Of a DNA stretch of 64,000 bases, positions 47,401 through 54,859 are shown piece after piece. Under the pieces are notes generated by a model, which had not been told where the DNA came from, did no database searches, and saw only the letters and a list, made by a program, of their open reading frames with translations. Source of the DNA: Candidatus Faeciplasma pullistercoris (GTDB lineage: Bacteria; Bacillota; Clostridia; Oscillospirales; Ruminococcaceae); contig DVLL01000017.1 in NCBI GenBank assembly GCA_018715525.1, forward strand, positions 15,070 to 79,069, written 5' to 3'. The translations under genes and the position numbers were made by a program. How positions within the stretch are numbered: position 1 is the first letter of the stretch; the number at the start of each line of letters is the position of its first letter.

Positions 47401-48562
47401 CCTGAGTTTTGGAGTAGCTTCTTTTGCGGACCACCGCGCAAAACCTGCCCGGGGACAGCTCGTTCAGCTTGTTTATCACCTCTGCTATCGCGTCGATAAC
47501 CGGCTTATCCTCCCCTGTTACCGGCGTGGGAGCGGCAGGCAGGTCGCACAGAGCCACTACCTTTATGTTGTCCTGAGGATTAGAGGCATAAAGCTTATAC
47601 AGTCTCCCGTAAAGCGAGTCGGCCCAGTCCGCTCCGTTTACCACAGCAGACAGCACCAGCGCGCAGTCGGTGTTCAAAACCTCTTTTGACCCGAGCTCAA
47701 GCCGCAAAAGTCTCTCATGCTTACAAAGCCTGAGCGCAAGAGAGTCGGTGACCGCCTTGACGGCTGAAAATACCGGCAGAAATATCAGCGCACTGACCCA
47801 CAGCTCGAGCACGCTCGCCCCAACCGCAAGAGATATTCCCGCTGCCGCGGCAAGGTCAAGCGCAAGCTTTATTGCCGCCTTAGCGGCTGCCGGCTCATGC
47901 TTGTCTAAGCCTATAAGCCCGGTCAGCGGCTCACCCGACTCTGACGAACGCGCAACAAGCTCTTTCGCAAGGAAAAATGCCGTAATGCCCCTCTTTTGCG
48001 CAAGGCTGTAGATTTTCTCACGGTATCTCAGCTTCGAGCGGCTGTCGCTTAAAGAGTACCATCTGTCCTCGGACAGGGCTATCGCGACTGGATTGCAGGT
48101 GTCGTTGATTCTCTCCTGATCCAGCGCGTCTATGTCCGAAAGCAGCGTTATCTCCCGTGATGCGTCCTTGCCGGAGCATATCTTTTTATACGCTCCCTGC
48201 GCCAGCCTGAAAACCACGGCGTATTTGAGCTTTTCGACGTCGCCGGGAAAGATTCTGTCCTGACCGCCGACCTCGGAAAGCTTAAGTATGATATCGTCGG
48301 TAGGGGGGATGCGTGTGTCGCAAATGCTTATCAGAGCGTCGGCAAGCCTGAAGTCAGCCGACACCCTCGCATCAGGATCGCCGTTTATCAGCAGCTCGCA
48401 GGCGTCGGAGAGGGTGTGATAGTTGTCAGCGAAAAACGACTCTCCTTCCGTCCGGCAGCCGTACAGGCAGAGCTCCCGGTAGATGCCGTCCAGCCGTCTT
48501 TTCATTCTCTTCGCAGTTTTTGAGAGCTTTCTTACCGCTATTGTCTCACCCATCAGTTTCAT
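41480..48562 (-). CDS. cyclic beta-1,2-glucan synthase-like multidomain protein (GT84-like transferase + TM region + glucoamylase-like cyclization-type domain + GH94 phosphorylase domain)
   Basis: 2360 aa. The transferase motifs are CAVDLDTEP, SHDILEGE (nt about 46915-46938) and RWVRGDAQN. A hydrophobic multi-TM block follows. HRTSPTNIGMYLMS (nt about 46070-46110) is typical of the (alpha/alpha)6 glucoamylase-like module. The C-terminal GH94 module carries GTGDWNDG (nt 42287-42310), the catalytic-Asp context of cellobiose/chitobiose phosphorylases. Confidence 0.85.
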   Translation of the reverse strand: MKLMGETIAVRKLSKTAKRMKRRLDGIYRELCLYGCRTEGESFFADNYHTLSDACELLINGDPDARVSADFRLADALISICDTRIPPTDDIILKLSEVGGQDRIFPGDVEKLKYAVVFRLAQGAYKKICSGKDASREITLLSDIDALDQERINDTCNPVAIALSEDRWYSLSDSRSKLRYREKIYSLAQKRGITAFFLAKELVARSSESGEPLTGLIGLDKHEPAAAKAAIKLALDLAAAAGISLAVGASVLELWVSALIFLPVFSAVKAVTDSLALRLCKHERLLRLELGSKEVLNTDCALVLSAVVNGADWADSLYGRLYKLYASNPQDNIKVVALCDLPAAPTPVTGEDKPVIDAIAEVINKLNELSPGRFCAVVRKRSYSKTQDEYMGADRKRGAIVELCRLMAGGKASFYAELGPVRKLVGIKYICAVDLDTEPYMDSVSELLSVMLHPANKPRIDDGKVTAGVGMVSPRMVTRLADSLSTGFSRGMGGIGSVSWYDSESMDIMQDCFQSGSFCGKGLISVETLLRCGACLPHESVLSHDILEGELLRTAYAGDIIFTEGFPKSSSSYYKRLDRWVRGDAQNIGFVFRHRFGLVSKLKLLENIRRAVTPFSVLLALLASFVIYPKAALAAALWAAGGYLFPQIYGLISTLIRQGFLSRRFYSGLLSQASLSGVRLIYELVTLPLTALVSIRAVLTGLIRLVTRKNMLEWTTSAAADGMMSDPVLFFFIPEVCGLSLLFSPCYLVRLLAVFFSIMPAVIILGQRSIPGAVQTATQREERELRSQAADMWRYFSDYVTETENNLPPDNVQFSPVYRIAHRTSPTNIGMYLMSVLAACDLRLISVYNMARRVSLTIASVERMEKYHGNLYNWYETTTLRLCPNPYVSSVDSGNFVCSLVALKEGLREYLKRCPELEGVIDRVEKLINDTDLGIFYDKVKGLMTIGINPEVGELDRSRYDFLMSEARLTSYYAIASRQVPKSHWLRLSRTSLSHGFYSGAASYSGTMFEYFMPEIFLKSPQSSISYESLRYALWCQKSYAASLSRPYGISESGYYSFDSELNYRYMAHGAPKTGVKRGLESDYVVSPYSTYLTLGYSLHAGMDNLHRLKKYGLYSRYGFYEALDFTKGEPEAVKSYMSHHVGMSILSCLNVLQDGIFQKRFMSDMRVAGASELLSERVRLDRSVFEDTLIKPKIKTEKAEPGIAEEYSDISPTYPKARLLTNGEYSLVLTDCGISSAFFRGKGVYRKTFDPLVRPKGAFFGILDGKSAAVLSTLDGGDGLVAEFGDCYAAYYRNTDRIKAGMRVALHKSMPCEIRSFAIENVTGSEIKASLVSYIEPSLSDTAAESAHPAFDKMFLRLDVDPGLDAVIVTRSDGGSKPEQSAGGYMAVGFAEDILGTVSFDREEVLSRPGGVFGLFSDGRAGKIPPSYICEPDPCIFIRTEITLPPKTKTELNLFIVTADSMEELINRVSHMKRRFSLQDLMSERALDPGSALANRLLPEVMFLSGSSHQKLKALAQNKLELNSLWELSVNTDLPLILINLNGRNDEQKLSSYLGAMGRLALSGIGVQLAVVYDDGGGYSRERYTLLVDAAKRAGLEGLIYSLIIPVDRSSVRPELITLLKAYACHIGADEIISGSEEPVELKKPVRIEGVEPAAQKVETPVALGGFSEDGGYVINEKPPLPWCHVLSSPQFGTLVSEGSLGFSYAFNSRELRLTPWDNDSSRDNLGERLILRVGGRYYDIVRGSAAKFSPCKAEYFFRGDNFSGSVSVGVSEKGMCKRIAVSINVSEDAELAYFCEPCLGPDRKHAHLVLPEVFGGSLILHSPASLSNGYMALSCDREREYCCDRKAFLTGDWSENISLCQDSAAAVVVRLSGESTVNFYLSYALDKAAAAGMPRYYSQQTDTRQIRLEVSECNTGMAELANHWMRYQALHARIWARTGFYQCSGAYGFRDQLQDAVGIMAVNPSICKSQILRACRAQFYEGDCLHWWHSLPGKKIKGIRTRISDDNLWLPYAVCEYVEKTGDRDILMLKVCYCAGIELGEKENEKYGEVYKTSLRESVYEHCRKAIDYRAGKTGVNGLMLIGTGDWNDGFNKLGEKGKGESVWLTEFYILVLRRFASLCKEMDPEYSRLILEYAHELESSIEQNGRDVSWYRRAYADDGTVLGSAESKVCCIDSIAQSFAQFAGLRDSEFTKLALSEAYARLADTKRGVVKLFTPPFPDNFEPPVGYISHYPDGIRENGGQYTHAAVWLGMACVRAGLSREGIDILTTISPVARSENLGYQRYKTEPYYICGDVYANKNCYARGGWSIYTGSAAWYYRAITEDILGIRMKDGRAYIKDPLLRAKVIYNGKIISPPQG

Positions 48563-48639
48563 CTCCGTAATTTTTTAGGATATTATTGACATTGCAAAGG
48601 GAAAATATGTATTGATATGCTCTTTCCCGCTATACGGTA

Positions 48640-48668
48640 TTGCAATTTTAATCCGGCAGTGGTATACT
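48640..48668 (+). promoter_or_regulatory. promoter candidate (TTGCAA-17-TATACT with TGn) for apgM
   Basis: Consensus match 60 nt upstream of the ATG at 48728. Confidence 0.5.
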
Positions 48669-48727
48669 TAGATTCAAATTTAATTTAACGATTTATTGCG
48701 CTGAACATCAAAAGGAGATACAACGCT

Positions 48728-49939
48728 ATGAAATATTTGGTATTACTTTGCGACGGAATGGCGGACTATCCCGTCGAGGAGCTGGGAAACAGGACACCTA
48801 TGCAGGCGGCTAACAAGCCCAACATGGACAGACTCGCAAAAAAATCCGAGGTGGGACTTGTCAAAACGGTAGCCGACGGTCTGAAGCCGGGCAGCGACGT
48901 CGCTAACCTCTCGGTCTTAGGCTACGATCCCGCGATATACTACTCCGGAAGATCTCCACTCGAGGCGGGCTCTATCGGCATAGACATGAAGCCTGACGAC
49001 GTGTCCTTCCGCTGCAATCTCGTCACCCTTTCAGATGAAGAGAACTATGAGGACAAGACGATGATTGACTACTGCGCAGGGGACATTTCAACCGAGGAAG
49101 CCAAGCAGCTTATCAACTACCTCAAGGGGTATTTTGACAATGAGAGCTTCAGCCTCTACTCAGGCGTGAGCTACCGCCACTGCCTCATCTGGCACGGGGG
49201 CACCTTGAATGTGGGGACACTCACTCCTCCGCATGACATTCCCGGAAGAAAAATCAAGGACTATGTTCCATCCTCGCCCAACGCCAAGCTTTTATACGAT
49301 ATGATGAAGCGCAGCTATCAGCTTCTTAAGGATCACCCTGTGAATCTCGACAGAATCAAGAGAGGTCTGCGCCCCGCGAACTCGGCGTGGTTCTGGGGAG
49401 AGGGCGTCAAGAAGAATCTGGCGCTGTTCAAGGACAGATACGGGCTTAAAGCCTCTATGATATCGGCTGTCGACCTTCTCAAGGGAATAGGAAAGTTCTC
49501 CGGCATGAATGTCGTAAACGTCAAGGGCGCTACAGGATATATCGACACCGACTTTTCCGGCAAGGCTCAGGCGGCGATAGACGAGTTTAAATCCGGAAGC
49601 GATTTTGTATACATCCATGTCGAAGCCCCCGACGAGTGCGGTCACAGAAATGAAGTCGCAAATAAGGTCAGGGCAATAGAGCTTATCGACGAAAAGATAC
49701 TCGCTCCGGTGGAGGAAGCTCTCAAAAAGATGGGCGATTATAAGATAATGATCCTGCCCGACCACCCCACGCCGCTCTCTCTTCGCACACACACCAATGA
49801 TCCCGTGCCGTATCTTATCTACGACAGCAGAAAGGACGCCGCCGGCACGGACATATTCTGCGAGGAATCGGCAAAGAGCACCGGTATCTATGTCCCGGTC
49901 GGACACACGCTTCTTGACAGATTCATAAAAGAGGAATAA
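48728..49939 (+). CDS. apgM: cofactor-independent phosphoglycerate mutase, archaeal type (ApgM family)
   Basis: The N-terminus MKYLVLLCDGMADYPVEELGNRTPMQAANKPNMDRLA and the metal-site block YIHVEAPDECGH are characteristic of the ApgM / alkaline-phosphatase-superfamily mutases. Confidence 0.85.
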   Translation: MKYLVLLCDGMADYPVEELGNRTPMQAANKPNMDRLAKKSEVGLVKTVADGLKPGSDVANLSVLGYDPAIYYSGRSPLEAGSIGIDMKPDDVSFRCNLVTLSDEENYEDKTMIDYCAGDISTEEAKQLINYLKGYFDNESFSLYSGVSYRHCLIWHGGTLNVGTLTPPHDIPGRKIKDYVPSSPNAKLLYDMMKRSYQLLKDHPVNLDRIKRGLRPANSAWFWGEGVKKNLALFKDRYGLKASMISAVDLLKGIGKFSGMNVVNVKGATGYIDTDFSGKAQAAIDEFKSGSDFVYIHVEAPDECGHRNEVANKVRAIELIDEKILAPVEEALKKMGDYKIMILPDHPTPLSLRTHTNDPVPYLIYDSRKDAAGTDIFCEESAKSTGIYVPVGHTLLDRFIKEE

Positions 49940-49966
49940 TCGGCTTTTTCTGAGCCTGACGCTGAG

Positions 49967-50010
49967 GCAGCCGCGTATTTTCCTAATTTGGAAGATACGC
50001 GGCTGCTTTG
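49967..50010 (+). terminator. terminator hairpin after apgM
   Basis: A perfect 12-bp stem, GCAGCCGCGTAT (49967-49978) pairing with ATACGCGGCTGC (49995-50006), is followed by TTTG. An outer GCTGAGG/CCTCAGC pairing can extend it. Confidence 0.6.
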
Positions 50011-50100
50011 CTACAAGCCTCAGCGCTTGACGGCTCTGTCTGTTTTAATATTTCACATGCTCGCTTACACTCGAACTTCCCCCGTTCAAACTTTTAATTC

Positions 50101-50154
50101 GGCAAAACAAGCCCGCCGTTATCTTTGCCATATAAGAGCATGGATAACGGCGGG
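50101..50154 (-). terminator. terminator hairpin after the flavodiiron gene
   Basis: A perfect 12-bp stem, CCCGCCGTTATC (50112-50123) pairing with GATAACGGCGGG (50143-50154). On the minus strand CTTGTTTTGCC follows. Confidence 0.6.
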
Positions 50155-50189
50155 TATTGATATGTTTTTACTGTCTTGTATTACTTGTC

Positions 50190-51341
50190 TTACTTTGCGA
50201 TTGCCTCGCAGAGCTCGGCTATTTTAGCCTCCACCGCCTGGTTTACCGCGCACTTGATAGTGACGGTGGGTTCAATGATACTTACATCCTTGCAGGGCTC
50301 AAGCATCGCCTTGACCGTCTTAGCGGCCATCGGACCCCATGAGCCGTTCTCAATGATTCCGACTGTTCTGCGCTGGAAGCTGCGGTCGGTAAGGTGCTCA
50401 ATGTATTCCCTCATAGCGGGGAAGATTCCGCCGTTGTAGGTGGTTGTTGCCAAAACAAGCTTTGAGTACCTGAACGCATCCGCAACCGCTGCGGCAATAT
50501 CGCAGCGGCAAAGGTCGTACACCACGCACTTGCAGCCCTTTTCCTCAAGCTGCGAGGCAAGCTTTTCAACCGCAGCCTTAGTGTGGCCGTAAACCGATGT
50601 ATACGCTATAACCACTCCGTCAGCCTCCGGAGCGTAGCTCGACCAGGTGTTGTAAAGATCTACATAGTATCCGATATTCTCGGAGAGAACCGGACCGTGG
50701 AGAGGACAGATTATGGATATATCAAGACCGGCAGCCTTCTTCAAAAGCGCCTGCGCCTGAGCTCCGAACTTTCCGACTATTCCTATATAGTATCTTCTCG
50801 CCTCGTCCGCCCAGTCCTCGTCGGCGTCTATAGCTCCGAACTTTCCGAAGGCGTCGGCGGAAAAGAGAACCTTGTCCGCAGAGTCGTATGTCACCATTAC
50901 CTCGGGCCAGTGAACCAAAGGAGCGGTGTAGAAGGTGAGGTTGTGCCTGCCCAGACTAAGCGCGGAGCCCTCGGCGGCGACAATCTTTCTGTCCGCATAG
51001 CCGTTTCCGAAGTAGGAAAGAATCATGTTGAACGCCATGGCGGTCGCAACAACCGTCGCATTCGGGTATTCCTCCATGAAGCGCGCAATGTTTGCCGAGT
51101 GATCCGGCTCCATATGTGAGACTATAAGATAGTCGGGCTTTCTGTCGCCCAACACGGCTTTGATATTAGCGAGCCATTCATCTCCGAAATGCCTGTCCAC
51201 GCTGTCCATTACCGCTATCTTCTCGTCAAGAATGACATAGGAGTTATATGACATTCCGTTAGGTACCGCAAACTGTCCCTCAAAGAGATCTACCTTGTGG
51301 TCATTGACGCCTACATATACGATATCATTTGTTATTTTCAT
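50190..51341 (-). CDS. class A flavodiiron protein (FprA-type O2/NO reductase): metallo-beta-lactamase-like plus flavodoxin domains
   Basis: Diiron ligand motif HMEPDHS (H-x-E-x-D-H) and a C-terminal flavodoxin-like domain (VVIAYTSVYGHTK). Confidence 0.85.
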   Translation of the reverse strand: MKITNDIVYVGVNDHKVDLFEGQFAVPNGMSYNSYVILDEKIAVMDSVDRHFGDEWLANIKAVLGDRKPDYLIVSHMEPDHSANIARFMEEYPNATVVATAMAFNMILSYFGNGYADRKIVAAEGSALSLGRHNLTFYTAPLVHWPEVMVTYDSADKVLFSADAFGKFGAIDADEDWADEARRYYIGIVGKFGAQAQALLKKAAGLDISIICPLHGPVLSENIGYYVDLYNTWSSYAPEADGVVIAYTSVYGHTKAAVEKLASQLEEKGCKCVVYDLCRCDIAAAVADAFRYSKLVLATTTYNGGIFPAMREYIEHLTDRSFQRRTVGIIENGSWGPMAAKTVKAMLEPCKDVSIIEPTVTIKCAVNQAVEAKIAELCEAIAK

Positions 51342-51363
51342 AATTAAACTGTCCTTTCTATCT

Positions 51364-52407
51364 TTAATCCTTCCATGTCGATTCCGGGAGGGAATTTAAA
51401 AATCTCATCAGCTCGTCAGCCATCTCACGCTGCTCGGAGTTTCTCGGATGACCGGGAGTAGCCTTGCCTACTCTCTTATACATCAGGTGATATACCTTGT
51501 TTTCCTCTCCGCCCAGCATATCCTTTATCTCATGTATGGCGTTATCCCACTCGTTGTCATGTCCCATGACAGTCAGGGCAAGCACCACAGTCGCGTCCGG
51601 GGAATGAGACCTGACGCTTTTTATGATCTGCGCGTACTTGTTTTTCCAGCGCTCGCGGTACTCAGGGTCGTATATCTTGTCGTTTCCGACGCTGCTGTCA
51701 TTCTGACCTATCGCGAATATCACTACATGCGGCACAAATCTCGAAAAATCCCACTCAGTCACCGGCATGGCCGCGGAGTAGCACAGCTTGTCAAAGCAGG
51801 ACTCCTCTCCTCGCATATTAGGCATCTCGAAATACCCGGTGTTATCAAATATCGCTATGCCGCCCTGAGAGGTGTTAAACACCTGCGCAGGAAGCTCTCT
51901 TGCCGTTATCGAGGCGTATGTGTGCCATGAATTGTCCCTGCTGCCGTCGTTTTGCGGAGGATCCCAATCGCCTGTTCTGTCGTCATAATCCACAAGGTCG
52001 CCGGCGGTAACCGAATCTCCATAGAATTCTATCCTCTTCTGCGGGAGCTGCGGAGGCTCTGATATCTCGCCTTCATCGCTAAGATAAAGCTTATTTATCC
52101 TGAAGTAGTGACCCGCCATTCTTTTGAATATAACCGCGTCATGGTCGCCCGGCTCCAAGCCCTCGGCGATTTTTACCTCGGTTATTCCGTCGCCGAGCTC
52201 TATGCAGCTCTCCCTGCCGTCGATCTCAACGCCGATATACCTTCCGTTGCCGTAGCGCAGGTTTTCTATCTGTGCCGAGAGTCCGCTGCCGCTGAACCTG
52301 AACCTGACATAGCTGCCCGGCCAGACCAGCATCGGAGCGTTCTTCTTACTCAAATCTATCCTGCCGAATAGCTGGAATTTCTCTCCCTCAAGAAATACTT
52401 CCTTCAT
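51364..52407 (-). CDS. SGNH/GDSL hydrolase with an N-terminal beta-sandwich (CE2-like acetyl esterase), no signal peptide
   Basis: GDS block FYGDSVTAGD and a C-terminal GHP block. The ~120-aa N-terminal domain precedes the SGNH core, as in CE2 esterases. The start is probably at 52407 (MKEVFLEG). Confidence 0.65.
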   Translation of the reverse strand: MKEVFLEGEKFQLFGRIDLSKKNAPMLVWPGSYVRFRFSGSGLSAQIENLRYGNGRYIGVEIDGRESCIELGDGITEVKIAEGLEPGDHDAVIFKRMAGHYFRINKLYLSDEGEISEPPQLPQKRIEFYGDSVTAGDLVDYDDRTGDWDPPQNDGSRDNSWHTYASITARELPAQVFNTSQGGIAIFDNTGYFEMPNMRGEESCFDKLCYSAAMPVTEWDFSRFVPHVVIFAIGQNDSSVGNDKIYDPEYRERWKNKYAQIIKSVRSHSPDATVVLALTVMGHDNEWDNAIHEIKDMLGGEENKVYHLMYKRVGKATPGHPRNSEQREMADELMRFLNSLPESTWKD

Positions 52408-52453
52408 ATCGTCACCTGTTTCCAAAAGGTAATTTTAAATATATACCATGCTG

Positions 52454-52482
52454 AGTATACATTACCTTTGGCGTCAAGTCAA
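52454..52482 (-). promoter_or_regulatory. promoter candidate (TTGACT-17-TATACT) for the SGNH esterase/FDP genes
   Basis: On the minus strand, -35 lies at 52482-52477 and -10 at 52459-52454. Three direct repeats sit immediately upstream (see findings). Confidence 0.55.
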
Positions 52483-52483
52483 T

Positions 52484-52525
52484 AGCGGCAGCCGCAAATG
52501 GCGGCTGCAAATAGCGGCTGCAAAT
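52484..52525. repeat. three tandem copies of a 13-nt unit (minus strand ATTTGCAGCCGCY), the promoter-proximal copy 16 nt and degenerate
   Basis: Plus-strand copies are AGCGGCAGCCGCAAAT (52484-52499), GGCGGCTGCAAAT (52500-52512) and AGCGGCTGCAAAT (52513-52525). Confidence 0.8.
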
Positions 52526-52540
52526 CCGGGTCTTAGCAAA

Positions 52541-52589
52541 GAGAAAAAAATCCTTCTGCGGAGCGCTGATAACGCACGCCGCAGAAGGA
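52541..52589 (-). terminator. intrinsic terminator after the Thr-rich lipoprotein gene
   Basis: A perfect 11-bp stem, TCCTTCTGCGG (52551-52561) pairing with CCGCAGAAGGA (52579-52589). TTTTTTTCTC follows on the minus strand. Confidence 0.8.
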
Positions 52590-52614
52590 AGTAGTGTGTC
52601 ATGATTTAGTTTTG

Positions 52615-52938
52615 TCAGTCTCTTGCGTTGCTGCTTTCGGTTCCCGTACCGGTGCTTGTCTGGGACTTCTCGGTAGGAATTGTAGGCTCGGTAGGCATGG
52701 TGGTAGTCGAGTCTATACCGGTTCCGGTATGGGTTGTGATATGAGTCCCGGTAACGGAGTCTGTTTCACGGGTAGTAGTTCCGGTCATCTTGTCGATCTC
52801 AGACTTTAATGTTTCCTCCAGCACCGGCGTGTTGATAGTCGAGCCGGTTCCGTCGCTCATATTCCTGTCGCTGGTGCAGCCCGCCAAAAGAATCAAAGCG
52901 GACAACGTTGCAGCAAGCATTATGAAAACTCTTTTCAT
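52615..52938 (-). CDS. small Thr-rich lipoprotein
   Basis: The signal peptide carries the lipobox LLAG-C. The mature part is low-complexity and Thr/Gly/Ser-rich. No family recognised. Confidence 0.55.
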   Translation of the reverse strand: MKRVFIMLAATLSALILLAGCTSDRNMSDGTGSTINTPVLEETLKSEIDKMTGTTTRETDSVTGTHITTHTGTGIDSTTTMPTEPTIPTEKSQTSTGTGTESSNARD

Positions 52939-53017
52939 TTACTTTATTCCTTTCAGATTTTTAAGCTCGAGCCGTGCGCTCGCAGCTATTATGCCCTGAA
53001 AGGATGCGTTTATGCCG

Positions 53018-53437
53018 CTATCTCGGCTTGATGTCTATATCTATGCTGAAATTTCCGAGCAAAATCGAATTTACATCTATAATGTATTCGGCGTTGATCC
53101 TCCCGCCGTCCTCGTTGACGTCCGCGTTCACGCTTTTTGCCAGCACACCCATAACCATGTCTCCGTAAGGGGTCGCATAGTGGCAGTAGTTCTTTCTTCC
53201 CACCTCGATAAACAGCTCCGCATTAGCCGCTCCGGCGCGTATCATCCTGAGCCACTTGCCATGCTCCGCTTTTACGCTCGTGACAGAGCCCTCGTAGCCG
53301 GTGGCTTCCGTCTCGTCATACCTCAGTTCGCAGACCGAGCCCTTGAGCTCGTATCTGCCCTCGGTTATTATCTCGGTTTCATCCTTGTCTTCTTCGTTTA
53401 TTTGAATACTCCTGATCTTTATTAAAGCGTCCTTCAT
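53018..53437 (-). CDS. DUF1934 (YwiB-like) beta-barrel protein
   Basis: About 139 aa. The pattern ...EGRYELKGSVCELRYDE...GDMVMGV...INAEYIIDVN... resembles DUF1934 family members as I recall them. The ATG at 53437 follows GGGTGA. Confidence 0.55.
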   Translation of the reverse strand: MKDALIKIRSIQINEEDKDETEIITEGRYELKGSVCELRYDETEATGYEGSVTSVKAEHGKWLRMIRAGAANAELFIEVGRKNYCHYATPYGDMVMGVLAKSVNADVNEDGGRINAEYIIDVNSILLGNFSIDIDIKPR

Positions 53438-53452
53438 TTTTGTCACCCGCAG

Positions 53453-54271
53453 CTATTCCAGTCTACAGCTTTGTATCTTGAGTTCCACCCTGTCCAATCC
53501 GTCAAGAAAATGCTCCGCATTCTCCCTGAAGAGCTCAACGCTGTCGGTGCAGTACAGCGTGACCTTTCCGCGCCCGCCCGAGTCCCTTAGGAGTCCGTTT
53601 TCCTGAAGCATCCTATACGCATACTTTCCGGCCTCTCCGCCGGAGGATATCAGGCTGACTCCTTTGCCCATGACCATTGAAATAACATCTGATATAATAG
53701 GATAGTGGGTGCAGCCTAAGATGAGCGTATCTATTCCCTCCGCCCGCAGAGGCAAAAGGTATTCCTTCGCTATCTCCACACACGGCAGGCAATCTGTGCT
53801 TATGTACCCGTTTTCAACCAGCGGCACAAACATCGGACAGGCTTTCTCAAACACTACGGCGTCAGGCATCATAGTCCTTATCATGTTCTTGTAGCTTCCG
53901 CTGCGGATAGTCGCGCTGGTTCCTATTATTCCTATCCTGCCGTTTTTTGTAGTTGACACGGCGGCCTCAGCGGCGGGACGGATGACGCCGGTATACAGCC
54001 CCTCTCCGAAGTCGCTTTCCCCGGCAAGAACGGAGGATACCGTTCCGCAGGCGGAAATTATCATCTTTACTCCGAATTTACGCAAAAAATCAAAGTCCTG
54101 CTCTGCGTACCTGAGAATAGTCTCGCGGCTTTTTGTGCCGTACGGCACTCTTGCGGTGTCTCCCAGATATACTATGTCCTCCTGCGGAAGAAGCCTTATC
54201 AGCTCCTTCACAGCGGTCAGTCCCCCGACGCCCGAGTCAAAGACGCCGATTGCACGGTTTTTATCTGTCAT
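53453..54271 (-). CDS. murI: glutamate racemase
   Basis: IGVFDSGVGGLT plus the two catalytic-Cys contexts ISACGTVS and LILGCTHYP. Confidence 0.95.
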   Translation of the reverse strand: MTDKNRAIGVFDSGVGGLTAVKELIRLLPQEDIVYLGDTARVPYGTKSRETILRYAEQDFDFLRKFGVKMIISACGTVSSVLAGESDFGEGLYTGVIRPAAEAAVSTTKNGRIGIIGTSATIRSGSYKNMIRTMMPDAVVFEKACPMFVPLVENGYISTDCLPCVEIAKEYLLPLRAEGIDTLILGCTHYPIISDVISMVMGKGVSLISSGGEAGKYAYRMLQENGLLRDSGGRGKVTLYCTDSVELFRENAEHFLDGLDRVELKIQSCRLE

Positions 54272-54381
54272 TATATACTGTTTCCTTCCGATGAGGTTTT
54301 AGCGTGCCGCTCGCGGCTCCATACGCGTTCTTGTCGAATATACACACCCGTATGTACCACATATATGCGGCAAAAAATAGA

Positions 54382-54855
54382 TTATTCGTCGAAAATACTC
54401 TTTGTCGGACTGTTGTTGAACTCGTTTTTCTTTGCTTCCCTCTTTGCTATGAGACTCCATATCTGAAGCATGCACAAAGCGCAGGATATTATGATTATGG
54501 CTACCGACGGCATGTACCTGAGTTCAAACGACGGGGTGAACACCACCTGAGTCGCTTCCGCCACATCTATCATTTCCCCCGCGTTGACAAGGTATACCGC
54601 TATTCCGGCGGCACAAAAAGGAAGCTGCACTAAATATGCCCGAATATAGCAAAGTATCACGCTGACAGCGATAAGCAGGGTTCCTATCAGGAAGCCGTCC
54701 GCGAGATGAGAGTTTTCAGTATCGTTTATGTAAAAGTTAAGTATTGTCACTCCGCCCCAGAAAAAACAGGACCATGCGAATACAAGCGTCTGTACCACCT
54801 TCAGCACTATTGTAAAAGGATTGTCCCTATATCTTGAATCTAACAGCTTTTTCAT
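54382..54855 (-). CDS. hypothetical integral membrane protein (4 TM)
   Basis: 157 aa with four hydrophobic segments and no recognisable family. Separated by 4 nt from the upstream gene. Confidence 0.5.
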   Translation of the reverse strand: MKKLLDSRYRDNPFTIVLKVVQTLVFAWSCFFWGGVTILNFYINDTENSHLADGFLIGTLLIAVSVILCYIRAYLVQLPFCAAGIAVYLVNAGEMIDVAEATQVVFTPSFELRYMPSVAIIIISCALCMLQIWSLIAKREAKKNEFNNSPTKSIFDE

Positions 54856-54859
54856 ATAA

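Noticed and set aside
50190-52407. A cytoplasmic CE2-like esterase and a flavodiiron protein separated by only 22 nt, considered as a possible functional pair.
   Set aside because: I know of no biochemical link between the two families. Co-transcription is plausible, but the pairing is most simply explained by adjacency. It would need conservation across genomes to be interesting.
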